NCBI GenBank assembly: GCA_965112735.1
Contig: OZ218958.1
Span: forward strand, 1,054,001 to 1,118,000
DNA length: 64,000 nt
Source: Phaeosaccion multiseriatum
Lineage: Eukaryota; Protista; Ochrophyta, other classes
Direction: 5' to 3'
A model generated the notes under the pieces. The model did no database searches. It was not told where the DNA came from and worked only from the letters and a program-made list of their open reading frames with translations. This document shows positions 25,112 through 37,171 of this stretch, piece by piece. Positions within the stretch are counted from its first letter, which is position 1. Each line of letters begins with the position of its first letter. The position numbers and the translations under genes were made by a program.

Positions 25112-27459
25112 GAGGAGTAGGAGTAGTAGTAGTAGTAGTAGTAGTAGTAGCAGTGGTGGTGGTGGTGGTGGTGGTGTGGAGCAACGTGTCAGTGAGCATC
25201 AAGTGAAGACAACCCCACGCCCATGCCCGAGGGTGGACCGTCACAACAGTCGTACAAGATACACACAAACACGCACACACACACAAACACACACACAAAC
25301 ACACACACACTCACATACACACACGCGCACAAACACACACACGCACACACGCACACACACACGCACACACACACGCACACACACACGCACACACACACAC
25401 GCAGACACACACGCACACACACACACACACGCACGCACACACACACGCACACACACACTCACACACACTCACACGCACCCACGCATCCACCCACCTCCAT
25501 GATCCACAAGACGGCGCTCCCCTTGTTCCAATCGACCTTGGGCCTGAGCTCGAGCACCTTCTTGCCGTGCTTCACTATCACCTCAGGACGGGCGTCAGCG
25601 TACTTGTGCACAACGCTGTGCACCTTCGAATTCGGAGGGAGGGGAGAGGGGCGTTGGATCTCACAAATGGCGGAAGGGCGGACGAGAATGGGGCATGGGG
25701 ATAGCGTATAGGTACGGAGTATGGGGCACATCCTCCTCCTCCTCCTCCTCATCATCATCATCATCATCATCATCACCGTCCTTCTCCTCCTTCTCCTCCT
25801 CATCATCATCATCGTCCTTCTCCTCCTTTCCTTCTCCTCCCCTCAGTCGTCTCCCCCTCCCCTCATCCCTCCTCCTCCTCCTGCTGCTCCCATCTGCTCA
25901 CCTCGTCGACACTGTCCGACTCAACGTTGCGGTAATGCACGCTCATGCTGTATTTGTTGTCTTCGATCTCAAGCCCTCCGATATGGTCAAGGTCTCTGCT
26001 GAGATCGGTCTGCGCCTCGAGAAGAGCGGGGCGGATGTTCTCGGCCACCTGGGGTCAGAAGGTGTCAGAACGTTTCAGAAGGTGTCAGAACGTTTCAGAA
26101 GGTGTCGGAAGGTGTCAGGAGGTACATACAGGTTTGAGAGGAAGGGGTCAGGCACTCAGGTGAGGGAGAGAGTCAGTTGGGGGGTGAGTGAGTGAGGGAG
26201 TGAGTGAGTAAGTAAGTAGTGAGTGAGTTAGTAAGTGAGTGAGTGAGTGCGTGAGTGCGTGAGTGAGTGGGTGAGTGAGTGAGTGAGTGAGCCTACTCAC
26301 CTTGCAGTTGATGGGTATCTCGGATGGGCCCTGAATCTCAAAGCCATGGCTGCCCGCGTAGAACACCTCGTCCAGCTTCACAAAGTCGTATACCTGCAGG
26401 AGTTGGTGATACATCAGGAGGAGCAAGGGGGGGGGATGAAGGAGAGGCCATGTGCAAAGACAAGAGACGAGCAACAGTCTCACTAACATCACCCACTCCC
26501 TCAGTAGCTCGCTCACTCACTCTCACTCCCTCCCCTCACCCACTCACCTTCTCCTTGCTCCGTCCCGTGACGATGGCGGTGGTGAAGTGGTTGCTAACGT
26601 CGGCGAGGACCGTGCGCATGTCCTCAGTCATATATGCTTTCTCAGGCTCCGACACAATGTTAGAGAGCGTTCCGTCGTAATCTAAAAACACAATCACCTA
26701 CGTAGAATTATGTATGGGATGAGTAAGGGATGAATGGATGGAAGGTGTGGACGGGATGAATCAATGTGGTGATGAAGGGGAGGGATGATGGATGTAACGT
26801 GAGTGAGGGTAGGAGGGAGGGAGTGTGCGTGTGTATGTCAAGCACGACAAAAGGGCATACTTGATTAGAGGAGTGGATGAAAGATGGGAAGACGTGCCCT
26901 CTGCAGCACTGAATACACAGCCCCCTCCTTACATCACCATCCCCACAAAAATGCATGTGAAACACACTTGCACACTTGCACACACACATGCACCTACACC
27001 CACACACGCGCACACACACACGCACGCACACACACGCACACACACTAACAGTCGGGCTGCTGCGCCCCAGACAGTCCTCTCTCACCCGCCCCGAACAGCT
27101 TGGTCCCTGAATCCTTTACTGCCTACCCGCCCCCCCATCCCCCCTCACACCGTTCTTCACTGCTACACGAATCTCGCTCACTCATACGAATGTCCCATCT
27201 CCACCCTCCTCCCCACGCAACCACCCAACCCCGCCCCCCCGCCCCGCTGCCCCGTGCCCCCACTCCAACTCAACCTGCCCCCTAGCCCCCCCCCCCGGCT
27301 GCTCACCAGCTTATCTTCCATCATCTCTTCGAGCTCCTGCCACTTCTCGAGGGCGTTTCCCTTGATGCCCGTCCTCCCCATCTCGACGCCTGTCTCGGCT
27401 CCGAGAGCTGCCGAGGCTCTCGGAGCCACCGCTGCTGTGGTAATTGCGGTGGGAGACAT
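23558..27459 (-). CDS. TPP: Trehalose-6-phosphate phosphatase (HAD superfamily, OtsB/plant TPP type), 7 exons
   Basis: [15 protein letters not shown]...[70 protein letters not shown] and VKQFL; all HAD motifs are present. Confidence 0.93.
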
Positions 27460-28132
27460 GCCTAACGACCTTAGCAAAGGACGTAACAAAACAGAAAGGC
27501 GGCTTACACACAGCCGCCCTCTCTTCCAGAGGATGTTCTATTTCCGCCCAAACGCTTTCCCTTCTCCCTCGCGGCTGCTATCTCCTACCCCCTCCCCACT
27601 CTTCCGCACCCATCATGGTGAGCTACTGCTGTTTAAGGCAACGTGTCGCTGCTGTTCGTCGTCGAGCGTCCTTGTATGCCCCAATTGGAGGGGTGGGGAG
27701 GGAGGAGTTGCGTTTGAGCTCTTCACAAATGAATGCTTTCGCACACACTCCACCACGAACACAATCACAAGAGAGAACAGCACCACGACTAAAATACAGG
27801 GGAGTTGAAAGAGGAAGGGTGGAAGAGAAAGAGGACTGAGGCTAAACTAAAAGAGAGAGAGAATGGCCGAAGGGCCGCGTAATTTCCGTTTAGTGCCATC
27901 TGCTCTAAAAGTAACGATTTTTTTCTTCATCTCTCTTCTTGTGTGTGCTGATGTGCTTGACTTGATGAGAGGGGAGACGGCCCTTTTCTTCGTGCTGCCG
28001 TACTTTACTTGGCTCTCAGCGACGAGGGGGGGAGAGCGACTGATCTCTTTACCTCGGCGCCCACTCTTAGGGGGGGCTCTCCTGATGGCGCCAATAATAC
28101 TTTCCGACGAAGGTGAAGCTTTGCTTTCGTTC

Positions 28133-29789
28133 ATGGCTTCGAAGCACGTGGAACGCCGCTCGATCGATCTTCTAGGGGAGGAGCAGGAGGCGCCACTCGC
28201 TCTCGACATTCTCTCATACGACGAGGTCTTGGTTCATACGGACTTGGAGGCCGACGACTACCTCGCGCTTTGCGTGATGTTCGCCGCCTTCACAGCGGCA
28301 TGGGCCAAGCAGCAGGAAGGAGGAAAAGATGAAGAGAAGGAGGATAAGGAGGAGGAGGAGGAGGATGATAGTCGGCGGCATGTGCCATATCCTGTGCGCT
28401 CCATCATCGTGGGAGAGGGTCGCAGTGCCCTAAAGAAGCGTCGCATGGAGGCCCTGCTCCATCATCTGAGGGCCAAGGGTGTGCTGCCGCCGAGCTCCTG
28501 GGCCCCTATAGCGGTGCACGCGGGAAGCGGGTCTGTGGACAAGGTCTATCCGAAAGAGGGGGAGGAGGTATGGGGACCAAAAGAGGCGCAACGTATTCGA
28601 CAGCAGGTGGAGAAGGAGGAGGAGCAGAAGATAGCACAAGAGCAAGAGGCCACTTTAAGGGTCCTGCAGGAAGCGTTAGACAGGAGCAGGAGAAGAAGCC
28701 AGGACGTAGGCTGCAGGGAACGTGGTGGTGGTGCAGGGGCGCCGCTATTGATCCTGGCGCTGAAGCCCCCCCGCGACCTCCTGGCACTGCTGAGCAGCCA
28801 TGCGGCAGTGGATCGATGCGATTTCGAAGTTAAGCAGCAGCAGCAGCAGCATGCAGATCTCGCCATGTATGCCTCCTTCAACATCCGTACCCTCCTCAGG
28901 AGCAGCGCCCCGGAGGAGGAGGAGGAGGAGGAGGAGGAGGAGGAGGAGGAGGAGGAGGAGGAGGAGGAGGAGGAGGAGGAGGAGGAGGAGGAGCAGGAGG
29001 AGGAGGAGGAGGTAACCCCGGTCACTCCGACACCAACAGAAGAGGGAATTGGGACACCTCCGCGTGGAAAGAAAGGCCACGCGGGCGTGGGACCTGCCCT
29101 CAAGGGGTCGCATTTCAACGGACGCTTCATTGAAGAGAGCCTTGGGTCCTTTAATCGAGTCTTCGTCGTACAGGGACACGACCTCTTTTCTTCGCACGGC
29201 TTCCCCAGGGAGATTGAGCCCGACACCGACTGGGGCGCACATCTGCTGGCAGGGCAAGGCTCCCTCATGTATGGTTTGAGAAGGCTCATCGCCTCATGGA
29301 ACCATCGCATGTAAGCAAAGCCTAACCCTGACCCTGTTGACTCTGACCCTCAGTGTTTCTCCTGGCCCTAGCCTCACCCTCACCCTCACGCTTTTGACCC
29401 TGACCCTCACGCTTTTGACCCTGATTCTGGCCCTGACGCCTACTCTGACCCCTTTTGACCTCGATCCCGAGCCCGACCCTGACCCTCACTTTCATTCTGT
29501 GCACCTTGTCACGCCAAGGCTCGTTGTGTTCCCGGATCGACTGCGCGAAGCGGCTGCCAGGGGCGAGTACACGAATGAGAGGCTGATGAAGCAGGCTGAG
29601 GAGATTGTCCAGCAGTTGGTGATACAGGAGAAGGGGGAAGAGGAGGAGGGGAAGGAGGGAGAGCAACGGGGTAAGCAGAGGCCCGAAGAAGTAGCGCCAA
29701 CGAGAACGATTAGCAGTCCCACGGAGGCAGTGGATCGAGCAGGTAAACAAGTCCTGCCCACCAGCCCTACTCTCTCTCTGTCTCTGTCT

Positions 29790-29826
<37 letters not shown>

Positions 29827-30252
29827 CCAGCTGAGCCCTCTCTGCTCCACCCCACTCCACCCTACTGCTACCCACCCCACCCCACCCCACCACCCCCTAC
29901 ACGACAAATAACAAGGCCTGCTCATGGCCGGCCTCATAGCCCAGGATGTGCACGCTTTAGAGAGGGCAGGACTCCGACCCGGCATGCGGCAGTCCGTATT
30001 CCGCTCCATGCACGGACAAATGACGTACGCTGACGTGGCGGTGGCCTACGCACTGCTCTGCCCGCAGGTAAGGGGAATGGGGGAAAGTACATTGCTTTTC
30101 TTTCGTCTCGGTTGTTATCAGGTGTTAATACTGAGACACAGACGTAGGCACCAACCAAAAGATCGATACGATATCGAGGCACCATCTCCCCCGGGGGGTC
30201 TCCACTCAACCGCTCAGCCCTTTCAAACGGTCCTGCTCACAAACACACACAC

Positions 30253-30334
<82 letters not shown>

Positions 30335-30829
30335 GATTTCACTCTTTGCCCTCGTGACCTGAAACGAAACTGTCTCCGATCCATGTTGTTCTGCCCCTCC
30401 CCTCCTCCCTCGCAGAGCATCCAATGGCGGCGCATGCGCCTGCAGGTAGACAGGACAGCGGGCCTAGCGCCTGTGGAAACAGCAGCAACAGCAGCAGCAG
30501 CAGTTGGTGATACGGCAGCGCCAGTAGTTGGGGACATAGCAGCAGCTGGTCCTAACTTAGAGACAGGGGCGGGAGGACCAAGCACGGCAGGACAAGGCTT
30601 TGAAGGTTTTCTTGCGATGGGCTTTGTCCCTGCTGCTGTATCACCAACTGCTACAAATGGCACGCACTCGAGCAAGGCTCTGTGCCCCGAGGGAGAAGCG
30701 CCACAGGACCAGTTGGTGATACAGCAGCAGGAGCAGCAACAACAACAACAACAGCAGCAGCAGCAGCAGCAGCAAGGTTTCGAAGAGTTTTGCTCTTTCC
30801 TATCCTCCATATTCAGTCTCCTGCCATGA
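28133..30829 (+). CDS. Divergent nucleoside-hydrolase-like (IU-NH fold) protein; exons about 28133-29310, 29519-29742, 29916-30067, 30416-30829
   Basis: N-terminal VLVHTDLEADDYLAL resembles the NH D-x-D-x-x-x-DD motif. LILALKPPRDL resembles the lgPltNl strand-helix. The C-terminal YADVAVAYALLCP resembles hDplAvayll.P. Junction phases are compatible; start ATG uncertain (27863 is also in frame). Confidence 0.55.
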
Positions 30830-31125
30830 ATTTGAATTTGAGCTTCGCTCCACACAACTCCACTGCCCTACCTACTACACTAGTGCCTCCTAGAGCCGGC
30901 TACAACAGGGCGATGCATTCTAGTGGTATGGTGCCTGCCCATTCAGACACAAGTCGACACATCGACTCTCCTCTCCCGATTTAGACAGACACGTCCGCCC
31001 CGATTCGATATAGGATATCGACGCATACGATGTACATAGTTTACGACGACCAATGTCTCAACATGCCGATGTGCTGTGTGAGTAATTTCTCTTAAAAATA
31101 TATTTTATCAAACTCAAACTCAAAC

Positions 31126-32510
31126 TCAAAAGTCTCCAGTGGCAGCCGCCTGCCTCTCGCTCTCCTCACGTCTCTTACGGCGCTGAACGGCAGCAAGGGG
31201 CTGCAGACAAGTTGTCTCAAAGAAGTCCACGTATGGCTTCAGGCTTGTCTTGTCGACGTCTCCCTTCATGCCACCACCACCTCCTCCTCCTGCTGCTCCT
31301 GCTGCTGTATCACCAACTGCTGCCCCGTCCTGCGCGCCCCCCTGGGAGGCAAACTCGTCAATCTCTTGTGCGAGTTGTCCGAGGGTGGGTACTGAGAAGG
31401 GATCGAAGTTCTCGCAGTCCTTTGGGTCGAAGGGCACGCAAACTCGCCCCGTCTGAGAGAGAGAGGGAGAGAGAGGGAGGGAGAGAGAGAGAGGGAGAGA
31501 GGAAGAGGAAGAGAGAGAGAGGGGGGGAGAGAGGGAGGGAGAGAGAGAGAGAGGGAGAGAGGGAGAGAGAGGGGGAGAGAGGGAGAGAGAAAGAGAGAGA
31601 GAGAGGGAGAGGGAGAGAAAGAGAGAGAGAGAGGGAGAGGAGAGAGAGAGAGGGAGAGAGAGAAGGAGAGAGGGAGAGAGAGAAGAGAGAGTCAGAGAGA
31701 GAGGAGAAGAGAGAGTCAGAGAGGGAGAAGAGAGAGTCAGAGGGAGAGTGAGTGTGTGGAGGTGGGTGGGTAGGTCGGTGGGTGGGTGTCCCACACATGA
31801 TACCCCCTCCCCCTCTGTTGGGTGCGCTCTCTGTCCCCCCCCCCCCCCATAACTCTACTTCAAAGGCTGAAACCGTCATGCAACGGCAACAGCAACAGCA
31901 ACAGCAGCAGCAACAGACAGAAACAATCAATGTACACAGAGTCGGAAGAAAACCCAACACCCACAAGCACACAAGCACACAACCACACACAACCACACGC
32001 AACCACCCCCACCCCCGCCCCCGCGGTCGGTCGGTTGATCGGTCGCCTACATGTCCATGCTTACGACACGCAATGTCGATCTTGTCGATGAGATATCGAT
32101 CACATCGATTTTTGTTTTGTTTTGTTTGTTTGTTACCTTGGGGTGGACGGCCCAAGGACTCTTGAGCAGATGGTTGAGGCTCTTGGAGACGTTGATGTCG
32201 AGTCGAGGGTATGAATGTTCGAACACCACCTCGTACTTCCACATGGCAGAGTCTCCTCCTCCTCCTCCTTCTCCTCCTCCTCCGCCGCCTCCGCCGCTGC
32301 CGTCCTTGCTCCTCTTGTTGCTGCCGCCCCTGCCCTTTGCTGCTTTGGCGTCCACGGCTTCTTTCAGCTGCTCCCACTGTAAGGGAGTTTGTATGTAGAG
32401 CAATTGTGTAACGACAAAATACAGTATGTATGTGTAGGTTTGTAAGTTAGAGAACACAGCATACATATACACGTATGCACACAACGCATACACACACCAT
32501 ACACGTACCT

Positions 32511-32555
<45 letters not shown>

Positions 32556-33038
32556 ACTTACTACCCACCTTCTCCGAGGGGGTCGACCTCCCCGCCCTCC
32601 ACTGCGCGTCAAGCTGCTCGGCGAGTCCGGCGAAGGGGATGGTGCGAAGAATGGCGCCCCACTTGGATGCCTCTGCCAGCAGACCTTGGCCCCGTGCGAA
32701 GTCCTGCGGGGAGGGAGGGAGGGAAGGAGGGAGGGAAGGAGGGAAGGAGGGAGGGAAGGAGGGAGGGAGGGAGGGAGGGAGGGAGGGAGGGAGGGAGGGA
32801 AGGAGGGAAGGAGGGAAGGAGGGAGGAAGGGAGGGGGGGAGGGAAGGAGGGAAGGAGGGAGGAAGGGAGGGGGGTTTAGATTCAGTATCACTCTCTCTCT
32901 CTCTCGCCCTCGCCCTCAGAGCTTTGTTGCTTCATAACACCACGTCCTATTACGTATTTCATTGGACTGGCCATCCCCACGAGCACAGAGGCTCCCGCTC
33001 CCCCGTCAGAGAGGGGGATAGAAGGAGAGAGAGAGAGC

Positions 33039-33073
<35 letters not shown>

Positions 33074-34888
33074 CACGTGACTCAGAGAGGAGAGAGAGGA
33101 GAGAGAAAGGAGACATTTGCAGACACTTCACTCAAAACACCCCCATCCATCCCGGTCTCTTACCTTAATCCCTCTGGGCTTTGCCTTACTCTTCTTCTTG
33201 CCCTTCTTGCCCTTGTTGGCCTTGCTCTTTCTCTGCACGGCATCGTCAATATCCTCGTCGCTGCTGCTCCCCCCCACCTCCTCCTCCTCCTCCTCCTCCT
33301 CCTCCTCCTCCTCCTCCTCATTCTCCACCTCCATCCGATCCTCTCCTTCCTCGCAGATATACTTTTTGAACATGGGCTCCAGAATGGCGTAGGCCCGCTG
33401 CAGCGAGGGGTGTAGCGGCGAGGTCAGCATGACCTTCCGGGCTTGCTTGTCGTTACCCGCCACGACGCTAAAGTACTCTGCCACTGCACTTCGAGCCTCG
33501 TTGCTGAGCTTGCGTGCGCTCTCGTCGCTGACCCACAGATGCACACCTCGTCTGCCGGAGTACACCCAAAGAAGGTGGGAAAAGCCAAAGTCCTCACGTA
33601 GACCCGTCTGCGTGTGTATGGGGGGGAGGAGGGGGAGGGGGAGGGGAGAGGGGAGGGAGGGAGTAAGTCTTCGAATCAGTTCTTCTCCCGCTACAGAAGC
33701 CCCATAGGCACCCCACCCCGCACACACCCTCCCTCCATCTCCCTCCCTCACTCACTCCCTCCCTCCCTTCCTTCCTTCCTTCCTTCCCTCCCTCCCTCCC
33801 TCCCCCTCTCCCTCCCTCCCTCCCTCCCTCCCTCACTCCCTCCCTCCCTCACTCCCTCCCTCCCTTCCTTCCTTCCTTCCTTCCTTCCTTCCTTCCTTCC
33901 TTCCTTCCTTCCCTCCCTCCCTCCCTCCCTCCCTCCCTCCCTCCCTCCCTCCTCCTCTTGCGCACTCACATCCATGACCCTGCACGCCATGGACATGTAG
34001 CTCCAGCACCGTCGGCATATCTTGGCATCGCTGCAGCACGTTCGCACGTCGTCGTAATCTGTGAGATCGATGTCGAACACGAGTTCGCGCTGCTCAGGGC
34101 GGAAGGCTCCTGTGCACGACAGGGGACACAGAGATGGGGAGGCAGGATGGATGGAGGGAGGAATTTGTCTTGTGAGTTAGTAGTCGGGCTCTTCCCTTCT
34201 TTCCCTTTCATCCCCCCCCCCCCCCCCTCTCTCTCTCCCTCTCTCTCTCTGCCTGTCTCTCCCTCACACACCACACACACACACACTTGAGAATGCCTTC
34301 TTTCCAGGTTCTCCTCACTCCGCAGGACGCGAGGAGAGTGAACACTCAAGGTGTACACCCGACCATCGCCCGACCGGCACCACCCTGAGGGTGTTGACAC
34401 TATGTAACGCCGCCGTCTGTTTGCACAGTCTCTTCCGGCGGACGGCCTCCACTCGTCTCACCTGCTTTGGCTGACACGTGGTCTTTGGGGGGGAGCGTGA
34501 AGACAGCCCCAATGTCGATCTTGTGCGGCTGCTTCTTCTTCATGGCTTCCTCCATCTCCTGCTTGTCTTTGAAGCACTGGTAGCGAATATAAATGTCGTC
34601 TGCGATGGTGAAGGAGAACTCTCGGCGATGGAACAGGGAGCCGTTCCCCCCATTTCCGCTGCCGTAGCTCAGCCAGCGGAACATCTGGTCGTAGGGGAAG
34701 AGCCTGCTGTAGTACATGCTGAGCAGCTCGGGGGAGAATTGACTTTCTGCGCTTGCTTGTCCTCCGCCATTGCTGCTGCTGGCGCCCGCAGTCTTGGTGT
34801 ACGCGTTCGTGGCGTACACATTGGCGGCGCTGCCCTTTACGCCATCAGAGCCCGAGCCACTAATACCGCCTCCATCCGGTTGGACCAT
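31126..34888 (-). CDS. PRIM1: DNA primase small (catalytic) subunit, 6 exons
   Basis: [62 protein letters not shown] and [25 protein letters not shown]|TGRVCVP. Confidence 0.96.
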
Positions 34889-35426
34889 TGTGTCGCTTGC
34901 CTCCCTCAGCCGCCGTCAGTCGCTTTTGAACGACAGCTCCTCTGCTCGTGGGGAGGTGGGCTCCTTCCTGACCAGCACAGAGATGTGGAAGGTCGTGTAT
35001 GCCCTCTGTTCTCTCCCTCTCCTCTTCTTTTTTCTCTCCTTGTCACTCTGTCAATCCTGTCAAGTGGATTTGAAAAAAAAAAAGGAAAGGAAGGGAAACT
35101 GATACTCAAACCGTGTCATCGCGAATCGAGCAGGGAAGTGAGAGGCTTTTTGCTTTTAGACAGTGCGGCGCATAAAAGCGCTAAAGCGACTTGCCCACAA
35201 GACGTAGGACAGGATACAGGGGGCTGTCCCCACCACGAAGAAATACGGAACCACTTCCTCTTTGTGGAGGGCACAGTAGGCCTCGCTTGATCAGGTTCGG
35301 GCCCTCTCTCTGAGATTGCAGTTGCTTCCGTGGGACGGCGTCTCTGTCTGCCCATCCTCCACAAGCTGAAGTGGACGGTGCGCATCAGGGTAGGAGCTGA
35401 GGCATCGATTCCCGCGTGCTGCTGCC

Positions 35427-36426
35427 ATGGCGCATCACCACCCTCGGCGCCTGGAAGCCGCCTTGGAGCCCCTGGTGGACAAGGTGATGAACAACAAGGA
35501 GGAGTGGGAGCGTAGGTGCGATGCCGTTGTTGGCATGCAGGAGCTTGTGGGGGAGCACGGTACGGACGTGGCTGTGTTCACCCCAGACGTGTGGAGGCTG
35601 CTGAAAGAGCCGCTCAAGTACACGGTGAGTGATGACGAGGCGTTGGTCGTGAGGGGAGGAGAGAGGCTGTGCAGATGGTGCAGTTTGCGCACAAGCTCGA
35701 GAAGGAAGGGGGTGGTACAGAGGTCGGACGGTTGGTGTGATTTGGGAGCACCGCAAAGCTAAGTGACAGTGGCCGAGTAACAACCAACCAACCAACCAAC
35801 CACCCACCCACCCACCCACCCACCCAACGAACACCAAGCTCCACAACAAAAGCCCCCCCGACCTCCCTCTACACCACGCCTATTCACCACCTCTCCCACG
35901 CAATTGCCACACCCCACCCCATACCCACCACTGATGCACGTTCGGGGGCCTTGCAGCTGGAGGATTTACGCTCCTCTCTGGTACGAGAATCATGTAAGCT
36001 GCTGCAGCTGTTGGGGGCGGCTGCTGGGGATCACATGCGGCCCCTCATGAGGGACCTACTGGGGGTGCTGCTTCCGCTGGGAGCGTCTACCAATGGTGAG
36101 GAGGAGGGGAGGAGGAGGAGGAGGAGGAGGAGGAGGAGGAGGAGGAGGAGGAGGAGGAGGAGGAGGAGGAGGAGGAGAAGAAGAAGAGGAAGGAGCAGGG
36201 CGACGAGTATGTCCGTCCCTGGGGAGGAGAAGGGAAGCGTCGTTGCTCCGGACAGCTAAAAAGGGGATCCAAATAATTCCCCAGACACCGAGGAAGGACG
36301 GAAATGGGTGGGGGGGTGGGGCTCATCACCTCCATCTCAACCTCGTCGTTTTCGTCTTGAAACCAAAAAAAAACAACGCTCTCCAGTGTCATACAATCTC
36401 TCGTCCTCTCCCCCCCCCCCCCCACC

Positions 36427-36457
<31 letters not shown>

Positions 36458-37121
36458 CTACACGCCTCTGACCCCTTTTTCGCCTCCATCTCTGTCTCAG
36501 GTACCATACAGGAATACGTTGATGAGACCATCCAATTCCTCATTAGACACGTCAAGGTACGTAACATATGTATATATTATTATGTATGTACATGTTGTAA
36601 AAAAGTGTATATATATCACTCACACAATCACACTAATTCGCCAATGTATGTTTCATGCGCATACCGTTACATGGGTGTGCAAACATACGGCGGGGCGTGG
36701 GTGCGTGCGTGCGTGGGTGCGTGCGTGCAGTTCCCCAAGCAAATGAAGGAGCTTGTGTACGAAGTAAAGACGTCGCGCAGCAAGGACATGCATGAGGCAG
36801 TGGCCAGGTACCTCTCGCTCATGCTCCACGAGTGGACTAACGTGCTGGGGGAGAGGGAGGGAGAGCAGGTGGAGGTGAGTCAGTCAGTCAGTCAGTCAGT
36901 CAGTGAGTCAGTGAGTAAGTCAGCGAGTGGTTTAGTAGCCAATGAGTGAGTGAGTCAGTTGAGTGACTGGCTTGTGTTGTATGCTGTTCCAGTTTGGATT
37001 CCAGTTGTGGTTTGGCGTTTTGTTCGAGCTTATTTGCTTTGCAGTTTGCAGTTGCATTCTCCTCGATACTCACCCCCAACTCTCTCGCACACGCACGCAC
37101 ACACGCACGCACACGCGCGCG

Positions 37122-37171
<50 letters not shown>

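Noticed and set aside
26825-27808. 327-aa + strand ORF
   Set aside because: It is antisense to TPP exon 1 and its intron, and low in complexity.
35408-35416. E2F-like site ATTCCCGCG between PRIM1 and the CLASP-like gene
   Set aside because: A single short match in GC-rich DNA; a similar site occurs at 61682 before an unrelated gene.
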